DNA of 64,000 bases from an uncultured Pelagibacteraceae bacterium (GCA_902588975.1 CACIRJ010000001.1:85594-149593), one strand, 5' to 3'; shown: positions 32,219 to 43,057, counted from the first letter of the stretch. Numbers and translations are program-made. Notes: generated from the sequence alone by a model not told the origin.

Positions 32219-33177
32219 TGAATGAAGAATTCTTAATAAATAGTTATTTAAAAAAATTATCTAAAAATAATCCATCTTCTCTTAATTTGAACGATGATGT
32301 TTTTTTTGATAAAATTAAAAAATTAGTTATTTCTGTAGATACTTATAATGAGGGTATACACTTTTTAAATTTCAATAAACCAGATCTTGTTATAAGGAAA
32401 ATAATAAGATCTTCTATATCAGATATTTATGCTAAAGGGGTAAAGCCAAATTATTTCTTTTTAGCTGGCTCAGGTAACAAAAAACATTTTACAAAAAAAA
32501 ATATGTCATTAATTAACAAATCTTTATCAAATGAACAAAATAGATTTAATATTAAATTATCAGGTGGTGATACCACATCCTCAAAAAATCTAAGTTTTAC
32601 AATTGTGTCTTTAGGATATTCAAATAAAATTGTTTATAGAAATAAAGCAAAAAATGGAGATGATATTTATATAACTGGTTATGTTGGTGATAGTAATATT
32701 GGTTTAAAAGCTTTAAAAAAAAAAATTAACTTAAACTCAAATCAAAAAAAATATTTTATTGATAAATATTATTCACCTAATTTACCAATAAAGTTTAGTT
32801 TACATCTTTTTAAAATTGCAAACTGCTCTATGGATGTCTCAGATGGATTGGTAATTGATTTGAATAAATTAATAAATAAACAAAAACTTGGTTATTTAAT
32901 CGATATAGATAAGATCCCTATATCAAATCAATTAAAACAATTAATTAAACGCAAAAAGCTTAAGAAATTAGACTGTTTATTCAGAGGTGATGATTATCAA
33001 ATCTTATTTACAGCTTCTAAGTCAAAGAGAAAATATATAAAAACTTTATCTTCTAAAATGAATCAAAAAATTTCAATTATTGGGCAAATTAATACTAAAT
33101 CAAAAAATTACCTATTAGATAATAGGAGAATTCCTATAAAAAACCTTAAATACCGTGGTTATTCTCACATATTCTGA
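32218..33177 (+). CDS. thiL: Thiamine-monophosphate kinase
   Basis: DD, SDIYAKG, GGDT, MDVSDGL, GDDYQILFT, GYSH. Confidence 0.9.
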   Translation: MNEEFLINSYLKKLSKNNPSSLNLNDDVFFDKIKKLVISVDTYNEGIHFLNFNKPDLVIRKIIRSSISDIYAKGVKPNYFFLAGSGNKKHFTKKNMSLINKSLSNEQNRFNIKLSGGDTTSSKNLSFTIVSLGYSNKIVYRNKAKNGDDIYITGYVGDSNIGLKALKKKINLNSNQKKYFIDKYYSPNLPIKFSLHLFKIANCSMDVSDGLVIDLNKLINKQKLGYLIDIDKIPISNQLKQLIKRKKLKKLDCLFRGDDYQILFTASKSKRKYIKTLSSKMNQKISIIGQINTKSKNYLLDNRRIPIKNLKYRGYSHIF

Positions 33178-33259
33178 GAAGTTAAATATTGCCTTTTATA
33201 ATCTTTTTTGTAATGTCCGCATTTTAAAAATTAACTAAAACACTTATTTAAGGAATTAT

Positions 33260-35359
33260 ATGTCTGTTGATACCATTTTATTATACACAATTTTTGCTGG
33301 AATTTTATCCATTGTATATGGATTTGTTACAGGTTCTTCAATTTTAAATGCAAGTGCCGGTAACGCTAAGATGCAAGAAATAGCTTCTGCAATTCAAGTT
33401 GGAGCAAAAGCATATTTAAACAGACAATATAAAACTATAGCTATTGTTGGTGTTGTTGTTTTAGTTATAATTAGTTTTGCATTTTCATTATTAGTTGGAA
33501 TTGGATATTTAATTGGAGCAGCTTTATCTGGAATAGCTGGTTATGTTGGAATGTTAGTTTCTGTTCAAGCTAATGTACGTACAGCTGAAGCATCTAGAAA
33601 AGGTTTATCTCAAGGTCTATCAATAGCATTTAAATCTGGAGCAATAACAGGAATGTTGGTTGCTGGCTTGGCATTGTTAGCGATTGCGGTTTATTACTAT
33701 ATATTGTTATCAGCTGGTGTTGACGAAAGGGAGATTGTAAATGCATTAGTTGCCTTGGGTTTTGGTGCATCATTAATATCTATTTTTGCAAGATTAGGCG
33801 GTGGAATTTTTACAAAAGGTGCTGATGTTGGTGCAGATTTAGTTGGGAAAGTAGAAGCTGGCATCCCGGAAGACGATCCTAGAAATCCTGCTGTAATAGC
33901 AGACAATGTTGGCGACAATGTTGGTGACTGTGCAGGTATGGCTGCTGATTTGTTTGAAACCTATGCAGTTACAATTGTTGCAACAATGGTTCTTTCATCA
34001 ATATTCTTTGTATCAGATTTAAATATGATGGTTTACCCATTAAGTATTGGAGCAGCGTGTATCATAACATCAATAGTAGGTACTTTTTTTGTAAAACTTG
34101 GACAATCAAAAAATATAATGAATGCTTTGTACAAAGGTTTTGTTGCTACAGCTATTCTATCTTTAGTTATCCTATATCCTATAACAGATTATGTCATTGG
34201 ATTAGATACTAACTATTCTGTAAACGGAGTTTCTTTTAATGGTATGAGTTTATACTACTGTGGAGTTATAGGCTTAATTATTACTGGGTTATTAATATGG
34301 ATTACTGAATACTATACTGGAACAGATTACAGACCAGTTAAAAGTGTGGCTGAATCTTCAACAACAGGACATGGAACAAATGTAATTCAAGGTCTAGCTA
34401 TATCTATGGAAGCAACTGCAATCCCGGCAATTATAATTGTTGCAGGAATTTTATTAACTAATTCAATAGCTGGCTTATTTGGGATAGCAATAGCGGTAAC
34501 AACTATGCTAGCTTTAGCAGGAATGGTTGTTGCTTTGGATGCTTATGGACCAGTCACTGATAATGCTGGAGGTATTGCAGAAATGTCTAACCTTCCAAAA
34601 AATGTTAGAAAAACTACTGATGCTCTAGATGCAGTTGGAAACACTACAAAAGCTGTTACAAAAGGTTACGCAATTGGTTCAGCAGGATTAGGTGCTCTAG
34701 TTTTGTTTGCAGCATACACAGAAGACATCAAACATTTCTCTAAGGAAGCAGGTTCTAAACTTGAAGGTATAGTTGTTACTTTTGATCTATCCAATCCATT
34801 TGTTGTTGTTGGTTTGTTAATAGGAGGAATGTTACCATATCTGTTTGGATCAATGGGTATGCAGGCTGTTGGAAGAGCAGGTGGTGCAGTTGTTATAGAA
34901 GTTAGAAGACAATTTAAAAAAATTCCTGGTATAATGAAAAGGAAAGCAAAGCCTGATTATGGCAAGCTAGTAGATTTATTAACCAAAGCTGCAATAAAAG
35001 AAATGGTTATTCCTTCTTTATTGCCTGTTTTATCTCCAATAGTTTTATATTTAGTTATTTTACCAATTGGTGGACAGGTCGCTGCTTTGTCTTCAGTTGG
35101 CGCTATGTTATTAGGTGTCATCATCACCGGATTATTTGTAGCTGTATCAATGACTGCTGGTGGAGGAGCATGGGATAATGCAAAAAAATATATTGAGGAT
35201 GGTAAATATGGAGGAAAAGGATCTGAAGCACACAAGGCAGCAGTAACAGGCGATACTGTTGGTGATCCTTATAAAGATACAGCGGGTCCAGCGGTTAACC
35301 CTATGATAAAAATTACTAATATTGTTGCATTACTTTTGCTAGCAGTTATAGCCAGTTAA
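33260..35359 (+). CDS. hppA: Membrane-integral H+-translocating pyrophosphatase (K+-independent signature)
   Basis: [45 protein letters not shown]; AGGA RBS upstream. Confidence 0.96.
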   Translation: MSVDTILLYTIFAGILSIVYGFVTGSSILNASAGNAKMQEIASAIQVGAKAYLNRQYKTIAIVGVVVLVIISFAFSLLVGIGYLIGAALSGIAGYVGMLVSVQANVRTAEASRKGLSQGLSIAFKSGAITGMLVAGLALLAIAVYYYILLSAGVDEREIVNALVALGFGASLISIFARLGGGIFTKGADVGADLVGKVEAGIPEDDPRNPAVIADNVGDNVGDCAGMAADLFETYAVTIVATMVLSSIFFVSDLNMMVYPLSIGAACIITSIVGTFFVKLGQSKNIMNALYKGFVATAILSLVILYPITDYVIGLDTNYSVNGVSFNGMSLYYCGVIGLIITGLLIWITEYYTGTDYRPVKSVAESSTTGHGTNVIQGLAISMEATAIPAIIIVAGILLTNSIAGLFGIAIAVTTMLALAGMVVALDAYGPVTDNAGGIAEMSNLPKNVRKTTDALDAVGNTTKAVTKGYAIGSAGLGALVLFAAYTEDIKHFSKEAGSKLEGIVVTFDLSNPFVVVGLLIGGMLPYLFGSMGMQAVGRAGGAVVIEVRRQFKKIPGIMKRKAKPDYGKLVDLLTKAAIKEMVIPSLLPVLSPIVLYLVILPIGGQVAALSSVGAMLLGVIITGLFVAVSMTAGGGAWDNAKKYIEDGKYGGKGSEAHKAAVTGDTVGDPYKDTAGPAVNPMIKITNIVALLLLAVIAS

Positions 35360-35369
35360 GTTTTGTAGT

Positions 35370-35822
35370 TTATCTATTTCTCATTGGAGCATTAATTTTT
35401 TCTCTGAATGAAGTAATTAATCCACCAAAAACATTATTATTTTTATCAAATTCTTTAGATGTTATTTGTTTTAAATATTTGACATCATTCATGTCATCTA
35501 AAGTTAACAATTGTTTACTTTTTAAAATACCTTTTTTATTTAAATCAACAATAAGTATGTTATTTTTTTTAATAATTTTGGTTCCTAATTTAAATAGAGA
35601 TTGATTTGTTTTTAATCTTTCTACATAGAACCATCGATTTGGGTTAAAATCAGATATTGTTGATGGTTGTCCAATTATTTCAACTATGTCATTCTTATTA
35701 GATATATTTACTTCAATTTGATTATATTTTTCTTCAAGTAATTTTGTTCCATGATAATTTGTTACTTTATTTCCTGAACAGTTAATTATAAAAACAAAAA
35801 TAATTATTATTAAAAATCTCAT
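35370..35822 (-). CDS. bamE: Outer membrane protein assembly factor BamE/SmpA lipoprotein
   Basis: Lipobox-like IINC, IIGQPS, WFYV; conserved position divergent from the Cbp3-like gene. Confidence 0.8.
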   Translation of the reverse strand: MRFLIIIIFVFIINCSGNKVTNYHGTKLLEEKYNQIEVNISNKNDIVEIIGQPSTISDFNPNRWFYVERLKTNQSLFKLGTKIIKKNNILIVDLNKKGILKSKQLLTLDDMNDVKYLKQITSKEFDKNNNVFGGLITSFREKINAPMRNR

Positions 35823-36285
35823 GAATGAAATATATATAAATATTTACAATAATTTAATCAAACTAACCAGAAATAAAAATTTATACAATGATAATAAACA
35901 AGATATTTTTTATGATAGGTTAGTTATTTTTTTTTTTCACCTAGGTTTTCTTCTAAAAAATTATAAAAATAATGAGTCCAAAGAAAACTTACAAAAATTT
36001 TTTGATTTTTGTATAAGACAAATAGAATTGTCTATCAGAGAAATTGGATATGGAGATGCAACAATAAATAAAAAAATGAAGGAATATGTAAATTTACTTT
36101 TTTCAATAATAGAAAAAATAGAAAATTGGGATAAATATAATGATACAAAAAAGTTAGATATTTTAAAATATTATATTGTGAATGCTAAAAATTACGAAAA
36201 TTACTTAAAATATATTGATAAATATAGATCATTTCTTATAAAAAACACTTTCAATAATCTCACAAAAGATATAATAAACCTTTAA
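35821..36285 (+). CDS. Ubiquinol-cytochrome c chaperone family protein (Cbp3-like)
   Basis: [15 protein letters not shown] motif; alphaproteobacterial context upstream of rpmF/plsX. Confidence 0.75.
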   Translation: MNEIYINIYNNLIKLTRNKNLYNDNKQDIFYDRLVIFFFHLGFLLKNYKNNESKENLQKFFDFCIRQIELSIREIGYGDATINKKMKEYVNLLFSIIEKIENWDKYNDTKKLDILKYYIVNAKNYENYLKYIDKYRSFLIKNTFNNLTKDIINL

Positions 36286-36292
36286 ATTATTT

Positions 36293-36472
36293 ATGGCTGT
36301 ACCAAAACGTAAAACAACAAAATCGAGAGCTGGCAAAAGAAGATCTCATATTAAAATGAGTTCAAAGAATGTCATTGAAGACAAGAAATCTGGTGAGTAT
36401 AGACTTTCTCATCATATTGATCTAAAAACTGGAATCTATAAAGGTAGACAGGTATTAGATCCTAAAGAATAA
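36293..36472 (+). CDS. rpmF: 50S ribosomal protein L32
   Basis: Not in ORF track (59 aa): [19 protein letters not shown]...[17 protein letters not shown]. Confidence 0.96.
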   Translation: MAVPKRKTTKSRAGKRRSHIKMSSKNVIEDKKSGEYRLSHHIDLKTGIYKGRQVLDPKE

Positions 36473-36480
36473 AATTATTT

Positions 36481-37488
36481 ATGGAAAAGCCAATTAAAAT
36501 TGCAGTTGATGCAATGGGTGGCGATAATTCTCCTCTGAAAATTATTCAAGGAATTGAAATTCATAACAAGACCTCACCAAATGTTTTTTATAATTTATTT
36601 GGTGATCAAAATATTATTGATCCACTAATAAAAAAATCAAAACTTGCAAAATCATCTTACAAAATATCTCATACAGATAGTTCAATAAAAGATACTGACA
36701 GTCCATTATCTGCAGCCAAAAAAGGTAAAAATACTAGTATGTGGTTATCAATAGAAAGTTTAAAAAATGAAGAGACGGATGCAATTGTTTCAGCAGGTAA
36801 TACTGGCGCATTATTTGTTATTGCAAAATTAAATTTAAAGATGATTGAAAAAATTGATAAACCAGCATTATCAGCTTTGTGGCCAAATAAAAACGGGATG
36901 AACATAGTTTTAGATTTAGGAGCAAATATTGAATGCAATGAAAAAAATTTAATTGATTTTAGTTTAATGGGCTCAGCCTTGCATAAATCTTTGTTTGAAA
37001 ATGAAATTTCTAAAGTTGCTTTATTGAATATTGGTTCAGAGGAATTGAAAGGAAATAATATTATAAAAAATACTTATCAACAATTAAATGAAACAAAAAA
37101 TCCTTTATTTGAATTTAAGGGTTATATAGAGGGAAATCAAATAATGGATGGTGAGGTAAATGTAATTGTCACTGATGGTTTTACAGGAAACATTGCATTA
37201 AAAACCGCAGAAGGTACTGCCAATTTTATTACTTCTGAGCTAAGAAATGCACTTAATTCCTCATTGCTTGGAAAACTTTCTGCAATTTTAAATATTAAAA
37301 ACTTTAAAAAATTTAAAAATAAATTGGACCCAAGATTATATAATGGTGCAATTTTGCTAGGTCTAGATAAACCTGTAATTAAAAGTCATGGTTCAACTGA
37401 TAAAGTAGGTTTTGCAAATTCATTAAAAGTATGTGAAAAAATTATCAAAAGTAATCTAATAGATAAAATTAAAAAAAATATAATTTAA
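36481..37488 (+). CDS. plsX: Phosphate acyltransferase PlsX
   Basis: IAVDAMGGD, SAGNTGA, DLGAN, DGFTGNIALK, KSHGS. Confidence 0.96.
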   Translation: MEKPIKIAVDAMGGDNSPLKIIQGIEIHNKTSPNVFYNLFGDQNIIDPLIKKSKLAKSSYKISHTDSSIKDTDSPLSAAKKGKNTSMWLSIESLKNEETDAIVSAGNTGALFVIAKLNLKMIEKIDKPALSALWPNKNGMNIVLDLGANIECNEKNLIDFSLMGSALHKSLFENEISKVALLNIGSEELKGNNIIKNTYQQLNETKNPLFEFKGYIEGNQIMDGEVNVIVTDGFTGNIALKTAEGTANFITSELRNALNSSLLGKLSAILNIKNFKKFKNKLDPRLYNGAILLGLDKPVIKSHGSTDKVGFANSLKVCEKIIKSNLIDKIKKNII

Positions 37489-37782
37489 ATGAGAATTAAT
37501 TTAACTAAAAAACAAATAATTAATTCAATATATATGCAACTTGGTTTTTCAAAAAAAATTTCAGAAAATTTACTAGAAGATTTTTTGTTAATTATACTTA
37601 ACGAACTTGTAAAAAACAAAAAAGTTAAAATCTCAAAATTTGGAACATTTATATTAAGATATAAAAAAAGTAGAGTAGGTCGAAATCCAAAAACTTTAGA
37701 AAAAAAAATTATTTCAAGTAGAAATGTTGTTTTATTTAAACCCTCTAAAGATTTAAAAAATTATATAAATGATTCAAAATAA
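37489..37782 (+). CDS. ihfA: Integration host factor alpha / HU family
   Basis: KISKFGTF, GRNPKT, VLFKPS; plsX-ihfA-merR context. Confidence 0.85.
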   Translation: MRINLTKKQIINSIYMQLGFSKKISENLLEDFLLIILNELVKNKKVKISKFGTFILRYKKSRVGRNPKTLEKKIISSRNVVLFKPSKDLKNYINDSK

Positions 37783-38137
37783 TAAAACTTATAAATCGAT
37801 AGGTGAAGTTGCTAAGATTTTAAATTTGTTTGATAAAAAAAATGGAAGATTGGCAACTCATACAATAAGATTTTGGGAAAAAGAGTTTAAAATTATTAAA
37901 CCCCATATATTTGCTGGTAAAAGAAGATATTATGATGATAAGTCGATTGAAATTCTAAAAAAAATTCATTTTCTTTTAAAAAATAAAGGCATGACTATAA
38001 AAGGTGTAAAAAAACTTCTTCAAAATAACAAATCTGAACTTGACGAAATAAATAATAAAACTATAAACGATCAAATTATTAAAACAAAATTAAAAAAAAT
38101 ATCTTATTTATTAAAAAAAATAAAAACTAATGGCTAA
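37769..38137 (+). CDS. MerR-family transcriptional regulator
   Basis: SIGEVAK..TIRFWEKEF..GKRRYY..GMTIKG. Confidence 0.9.
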   Translation: MIQNNKTYKSIGEVAKILNLFDKKNGRLATHTIRFWEKEFKIIKPHIFAGKRRYYDDKSIEILKKIHFLLKNKGMTIKGVKKLLQNNKSELDEINNKTINDQIIKTKLKKISYLLKKIKTNG

Positions 38138-38321
38138 AAAAACACATGTTAAGGTAAGACTTGTTCCAGAAACCAAACCTGATAGTCCATTTTTTTATTA
38201 TGTAAAAAAACCAGCAGGCGGTGAGAAGGCTAAAGTAAAACTAAAAGTAAAAAAATATAATCCTGCAACTAGAAAACATGAAATTTTTGTAGAAAAAAAG
38301 TTACCACCACACAGTAAATAA
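38130..38321 (+). CDS. rpmG: 50S ribosomal protein L33
   Basis: Small basic protein, KLKVKKYNPATRKHEIFVEKK. Confidence 0.85.
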   Translation: MAKKTHVKVRLVPETKPDSPFFYYVKKPAGGEKAKVKLKVKKYNPATRKHEIFVEKKLPPHSK

Positions 38322-38322
38322 T

Positions 38323-38613
38323 TTATTTTTTTTTAAAGTTTCTCCTTTCAAAATCAATATAAGTCATAATCATATTCTTCCAAATTCTATTAGTTATTTT
38401 TGGATCAATTTTATTTTTAATTGATTTTTTTTTAATATTTTTAAGAATTATTGATATTCTTTTTTTATCTACAATTTCATGTTTGAAGGTCTTAAGTTTA
38501 AGAACATCTTTGACTATATTTGTCCTAATCTTGATTAATTTAATAAGCTTATTATCAAGTAAATCTAATTTCTTTCTTAAAATATTTAATTTTTTTTTTT
38601 TCTCAGGCGACAT
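38323..38613 (-). CDS. Chorismate mutase (AroQ-type, stand-alone)
   Basis: LR.KLD.LD..L..LI..R..V..V..LK...IVD..R pattern. Confidence 0.8.
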   Translation of the reverse strand: MSPEKKKKLNILRKKLDLLDNKLIKLIKIRTNIVKDVLKLKTFKHEIVDKKRISIILKNIKKKSIKNKIDPKITNRIWKNMIMTYIDFERRNFKKK

Positions 38614-38656
38614 TTGATCAATTGGAATTATAAATGAATATTATATTTAAACAATT

Positions 38657-39673
38657 ATGTATACCGAAATAAATACAAAATATAGAATTTATATATCCAA
38701 TTGGTTATTATTAATGTTTTTCTTGGTTGCTTTAATGATTGTTGTTGGAGGCTTAACAAGACTCACAGATTCTGGATTATCAATTACTGAATGGGAATTT
38801 TTCAAAGGTTTTTTCCCACCATTCAATAATGATGATTGGTTAGCATATTTCGAGTCTTATAAACAAATACCTGAATTTAAACTTCAAAATTATTCAATGA
38901 CTTTAAGTGAATTTAAGGTAATATTTTGGTGGGAGTGGGCACATAGGTTTTTTGGACGTATTATTGGTTTGACATTCATTATGCCTTTAATTTTTTTTAC
39001 TATCAAATTAGGCTTAAAAAAACTTTATAATTTTTATTTTATATTTTTTCTGATTTGTTTTCAGGGTTTTTTAGGTTGGTATATGGTACAAAGTGGTCTT
39101 GTTAATAACATAGATGTAAGTCACTTTAGGTTATCAGTGCATCTTTTATTTGCATTTATTATTTTATCTTTAATTTTTTGGAATTATTTATGTTTAGTAA
39201 ATTTTAATAAAAAATATAAAAAAATTAGTAACTATATACCAGAAATTTTTTTAGTATTAATTTTCTTACAAATTATTATTGGAGCATTTGTTTCAGGTAT
39301 GGATGCAGGAAAAATATATAACACTTGGCCATTAATGGGCAATTCTTATTTTCCAGATGATAATAACATTCTAAATTTATTTAAATTATCTGCATTTAGT
39401 GATCCATCACTTGTGCAATATTTACATCGAAATCTAGCCTATTTAATATTTATTATATACATAGTAATTTCTTATATAACCTACCAAAATAAATTTTTTT
39501 ATTTATATAAACCTATAATTATTTTAGGATTAATTATTATTTTACAAATTATATTGGGTATTCTTACCGTTTTGTCTGGTGCTAATATTTTAACTGCTTC
39601 TTTACATCAATTTAGTTCAATATTGTTAATTACATCATCATTGTATTTTGTATACAAGAATAGATTTAGCTGA
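38657..39673 (+). CDS. ctaA: Heme A synthase (COX15/CtaA)
   Basis: GGLTRLTDSGLSITEW, WEWAHR, GWYMVQSGL, HR, LHQ. Confidence 0.94.
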   Translation: MYTEINTKYRIYISNWLLLMFFLVALMIVVGGLTRLTDSGLSITEWEFFKGFFPPFNNDDWLAYFESYKQIPEFKLQNYSMTLSEFKVIFWWEWAHRFFGRIIGLTFIMPLIFFTIKLGLKKLYNFYFIFFLICFQGFLGWYMVQSGLVNNIDVSHFRLSVHLLFAFIILSLIFWNYLCLVNFNKKYKKISNYIPEIFLVLIFLQIIIGAFVSGMDAGKIYNTWPLMGNSYFPDDNNILNLFKLSAFSDPSLVQYLHRNLAYLIFIIYIVISYITYQNKFFYLYKPIIILGLIIILQIILGILTVLSGANILTASLHQFSSILLITSSLYFVYKNRFS

Positions 39674-40783
39674 TTATTTTTTTTCAATTACAAAAAGTTC
39701 ATTGTTAAAATGTAAACCTTTATTTTTGTTAACAATATCTTTGACTACTTTTTGATAGTATTTCTTTCTTTCAGCATTCATAATTTGCTCATCTGAAATT
39801 TGGTTTACATATACAGCTGCATTCCACGCTGAGAATATTAATGATGTTGCAATACCTCCGCTTATCTCGTTAGGCAAAGCTCTTAGAACATATTTAATAG
39901 TTTGTTTTTTTTTAAATTTTAATGTTTTTAAAACTTCTTTTTTCGTATTATTTTTTATATAATTTAAAATTGATTTATAAAGAGATGGAAATGGTTTTTC
40001 TTTAGGCCATATTTTTTTAATAATTTTATATCCAGGATCGTTTCCTGAGGCATGTACAACTACTAATTTACCTTTGTTTGATAGTGATTTTATCATTGGA
40101 TCAATCACATATTTAACTTTTTTCTCAGCAGATATTCTTGATCTATAAGGTTGAGATGCAATGATTAAGTCGTAACTATTTTTGCCATTATTTTTTTTTG
40201 GAATAACATTTTTTAATGTAAATTCCTGATCTTTCCTATAAATTACAATTACAGATGGCTCTTTGTATGTAGGATTTCCATTTTTAGGATTTCTTTCTAT
40301 TTGCCATTTTTTACTTAAAAATTCTTGGTTTAACTTTCTTAATTGATTTGAAAAATCTAATGAGGAATTACCTTTTAGCTTGACTATCTTCCAATTCATT
40401 TTTTTTTGTTTGTTTCTGTCATTTGATTTGAGTGCAGTTGACTCTACATAATTGAGATTTGAAATAACAAACACTGTGTTTTTATGTTCTACAAATCGAT
40501 CTGGAAGTTTTTCAAGTCCTAATCTAACATCTTCCATACTTATTTCCTTTGTGCTTACCAGGAGAGGAATTTGAGGCATTTTCTGGTGACATTGCCTCAT
40601 TACACTCATCAACAATGATCCATCACCCATACCTGCATCAAATATTTTTAGTGCTGGAAATTTTGGTTTTAATTTATGTACTATAGGTTTTAATGCATCA
40701 GCAATCTTGTTCTTTTCGTTTGTTGTTGTAACAAAAAGCAAATATTTTTGTCTATTATCAAAAAATCTAAAATTTTTTTTCAT
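39674..40783 (-). CDS. Uncharacterised protein with class I SAM-methyltransferase-like motifs
   Basis: IFDAGMGDG (motif I-like), YDLIIASQPY (motif IV-like). Confidence 0.55.
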   Translation of the reverse strand: MKKNFRFFDNRQKYLLFVTTTNEKNKIADALKPIVHKLKPKFPALKIFDAGMGDGSLLMSVMRQCHQKMPQIPLLVSTKEISMEDVRLGLEKLPDRFVEHKNTVFVISNLNYVESTALKSNDRNKQKKMNWKIVKLKGNSSLDFSNQLRKLNQEFLSKKWQIERNPKNGNPTYKEPSVIVIYRKDQEFTLKNVIPKKNNGKNSYDLIIASQPYRSRISAEKKVKYVIDPMIKSLSNKGKLVVVHASGNDPGYKIIKKIWPKEKPFPSLYKSILNYIKNNTKKEVLKTLKFKKKQTIKYVLRALPNEISGGIATSLIFSAWNAAVYVNQISDEQIMNAERKKYYQKVVKDIVNKNKGLHFNNELFVIEKK

Positions 40784-40799
40784 AAATGTTATTTTGCAA

Positions 40800-41615
40800 T
40801 TATTTGTTTGCTGGATAATTTGTTGTTATGAATTTTTTTAAAACATTTAATACTCGATCAGCTTCCTCCAATAACATCATATGCCCGCAATTATCAATTA
40901 TATCTATTTGACTTCCTTCAATTAAATTAGCTAGTTTTTTCCCTTCTTTTACTGGACACATTTTATCGTCTGTAGCAAGTATAGATAGAGTAGGTATCTT
41001 AATTTGTTTAGCGGCTTCAAAACCATTTTTGTAATTATCACATGCTCTAAAATCTACACCGAGGGTATTTTTTATTGTTCTAGTTTTAGCTAACATTGAA
41101 CCGGTATTAATATGATATAAACCCGGTACTGGATGACCACCAAAATGACCAGCTGGACCATGAGCCCAGTCCATCATTAGTTCAACAGCTTTAGGATCAT
41201 TATTTTCCGCTAAAGATAATAATTCAGGATTCATCGGAATTGCACCAGCTCCACCCATTAAACTTAAAGTTTTGATTTTATCAGGATTTCTCGCTGTACA
41301 CTCCACAGTAACTAAACATCCTTGAGAATGACCAACTAAAGAAGCTTCCTTGTATCCAACCGCATCAATAACATCACTAACCCAATCGGCCATATCCTCA
41401 ATTGATTTTAAACTTTCACCTCCAGATAAACCATGACCTGGCATATCTAAAGCTAAAACGCTATATCCATGGAATGCAAAATATCTTGTTTGCAAAACCC
41501 ACGTCATATGAGTTAGTCCACTACCATGCACAAATATTATTAATGGCTTATTCTTATCGAAAGGTCTACCTCCCGTAGAAGCATAAACCTCGTTATTATT
41601 TACCTGAAACTTCAT
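40800..41615 (-). CDS. Alpha/beta hydrolase
   Basis: FVHGSG, DMPGHG, GHSQG nucleophile elbow, D, CGH. Confidence 0.9.
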   Translation of the reverse strand: MKFQVNNNEVYASTGGRPFDKNKPLIIFVHGSGLTHMTWVLQTRYFAFHGYSVLALDMPGHGLSGGESLKSIEDMADWVSDVIDAVGYKEASLVGHSQGCLVTVECTARNPDKIKTLSLMGGAGAIPMNPELLSLAENNDPKAVELMMDWAHGPAGHFGGHPVPGLYHINTGSMLAKTRTIKNTLGVDFRACDNYKNGFEAAKQIKIPTLSILATDDKMCPVKEGKKLANLIEGSQIDIIDNCGHMMLLEEADRVLNVLKKFITTNYPANK

Positions 41616-42940
41616 TGATTGGATACGAGTCTAGGTTTCCTAGCAGCTCTAAATCCATTTTCAAAGTCATTTTTGATATCATCTATATCTTCAATACCGA
41701 CTGATAATCTGATCATATCATGAGATAAACCCGCAAATTTTAATGTAGCTTCATCCATTTGAGAATGTGTTGCTGATGCTGGATGAATTACCAATGTACG
41801 TGTATCCCCAACATTTGCTAAATGAGAAGCAAGTTTAACGTTATTAATAAATGCTTCTCCTGCAGCCTTTCCTCCTTTAATTCCAAAAGCTATCATTGAT
41901 CCTTTGCCATTTGGTAATAATTTATTTGCTAAATCATGATCAGGATGATCTGGTACACTCGGATGTGAAACCCAAGCAACACTTTCGTGACCTAATAAAT
42001 ACTCGACCATTTTTTCAGCATTTTCGCAATGCTTTTTCATTCTAACAGAAAGTGTTTCAATACCTTGTAAGACATTCCAAGCATTTTGAGGGCTTAGACA
42101 AGGACCAAAATCTCTCATACCTTCTGCTCTTGCTTTCATTGTAAATGCTGTTGGTCCAAATTCCTCTGCAAAAGATAATCCATGATAACCTTCATAAGGT
42201 TGTGTCATTGTTGGGAATTTATCATTTTGCATCCAGTCAAATTTACCACCTTCAACAATTATACCAGCCATTGAAGATCCATGACCTGCCATCCATTTAG
42301 TAAGCGAATGAACTACAATATCTGCACCATGCTCTATAGGTTTGCATAAATAAGGTGTTTGATAAGTTGCATCTACCATTAAAGGTATACCAGCTTCATG
42401 AGCAATGTTTGCAATCGCAGGCATGTCCATTAATTCGTTTCCAGGATTACCAACGAGTTCACCAAAAATTCCTTTAGTATTTTTTTGGATAGCTTTTTTG
42501 AAACCTTCTGTATCTCTTGGTTTTACAAACGTGCATTTAATTCCAAACTTAGGTAGAGTAAGTCTAAAGAGATTTACTGTACCCCCATAAAGCTGCGATG
42601 ATACAACCAAATGATCTCCTGCTTCACAAAGTGTCATTACAGCAAGAAATATTGCACTCATGCCAGAAGAAGTAGCAAGTGCAGCTGTTCCACCTTCTAA
42701 TGATGCAACCCTCTCTTCCAAAACTGCAACTGTTGGATTTGAAATTCTACTATAAATATGCCCGCCTCTTTCTAAATTAAATAATGCTGCTGCATGATCT
42801 ACATCATCAAATAGATATGAGGTTGTTTGGTATATTGGTACTTGTCGTGAACCAGCATTTTTATGAGGTTGATAGCCTGCATGTAAACTAAGGGTATCGA
42901 ATTTATATGTTTTAGGATCCATTCCTTTTTTGTCTGACAT
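41612..42940 (-). CDS. metY: O-acetylhomoserine aminocarboxypropyltransferase / sulfhydrylase
   Basis: PIYQTTSY, YSRISNPT, HSLTKW PLP lysine, ANVGD, IHPASATH, IRLSVGIE; AGGAG RBS. Confidence 0.9.
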   Translation of the reverse strand: MSDKKGMDPKTYKFDTLSLHAGYQPHKNAGSRQVPIYQTTSYLFDDVDHAAALFNLERGGHIYSRISNPTVAVLEERVASLEGGTAALATSSGMSAIFLAVMTLCEAGDHLVVSSQLYGGTVNLFRLTLPKFGIKCTFVKPRDTEGFKKAIQKNTKGIFGELVGNPGNELMDMPAIANIAHEAGIPLMVDATYQTPYLCKPIEHGADIVVHSLTKWMAGHGSSMAGIIVEGGKFDWMQNDKFPTMTQPYEGYHGLSFAEEFGPTAFTMKARAEGMRDFGPCLSPQNAWNVLQGIETLSVRMKKHCENAEKMVEYLLGHESVAWVSHPSVPDHPDHDLANKLLPNGKGSMIAFGIKGGKAAGEAFINNVKLASHLANVGDTRTLVIHPASATHSQMDEATLKFAGLSHDMIRLSVGIEDIDDIKNDFENGFRAARKPRLVSNQ

Positions 42941-43057
42941 TTAGTTGCTCCTGTTTAAATTTATAAGAATTTATTATAAACTAATATTATCTCTTATTAA
43001 TAGCTTATTTATTTGTTAAAACTATCAAAAATGACTTAAGTTCTAACTGTATATCGT

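Noticed and set aside
42941-43057. SAM-V/SAM-II riboswitch upstream of metY
   Set aside because: The leader is almost pure A/T with no GC-containing pseudoknot core; only a weak TTTATAA-N7-TTATAAA palindrome that could arise by chance
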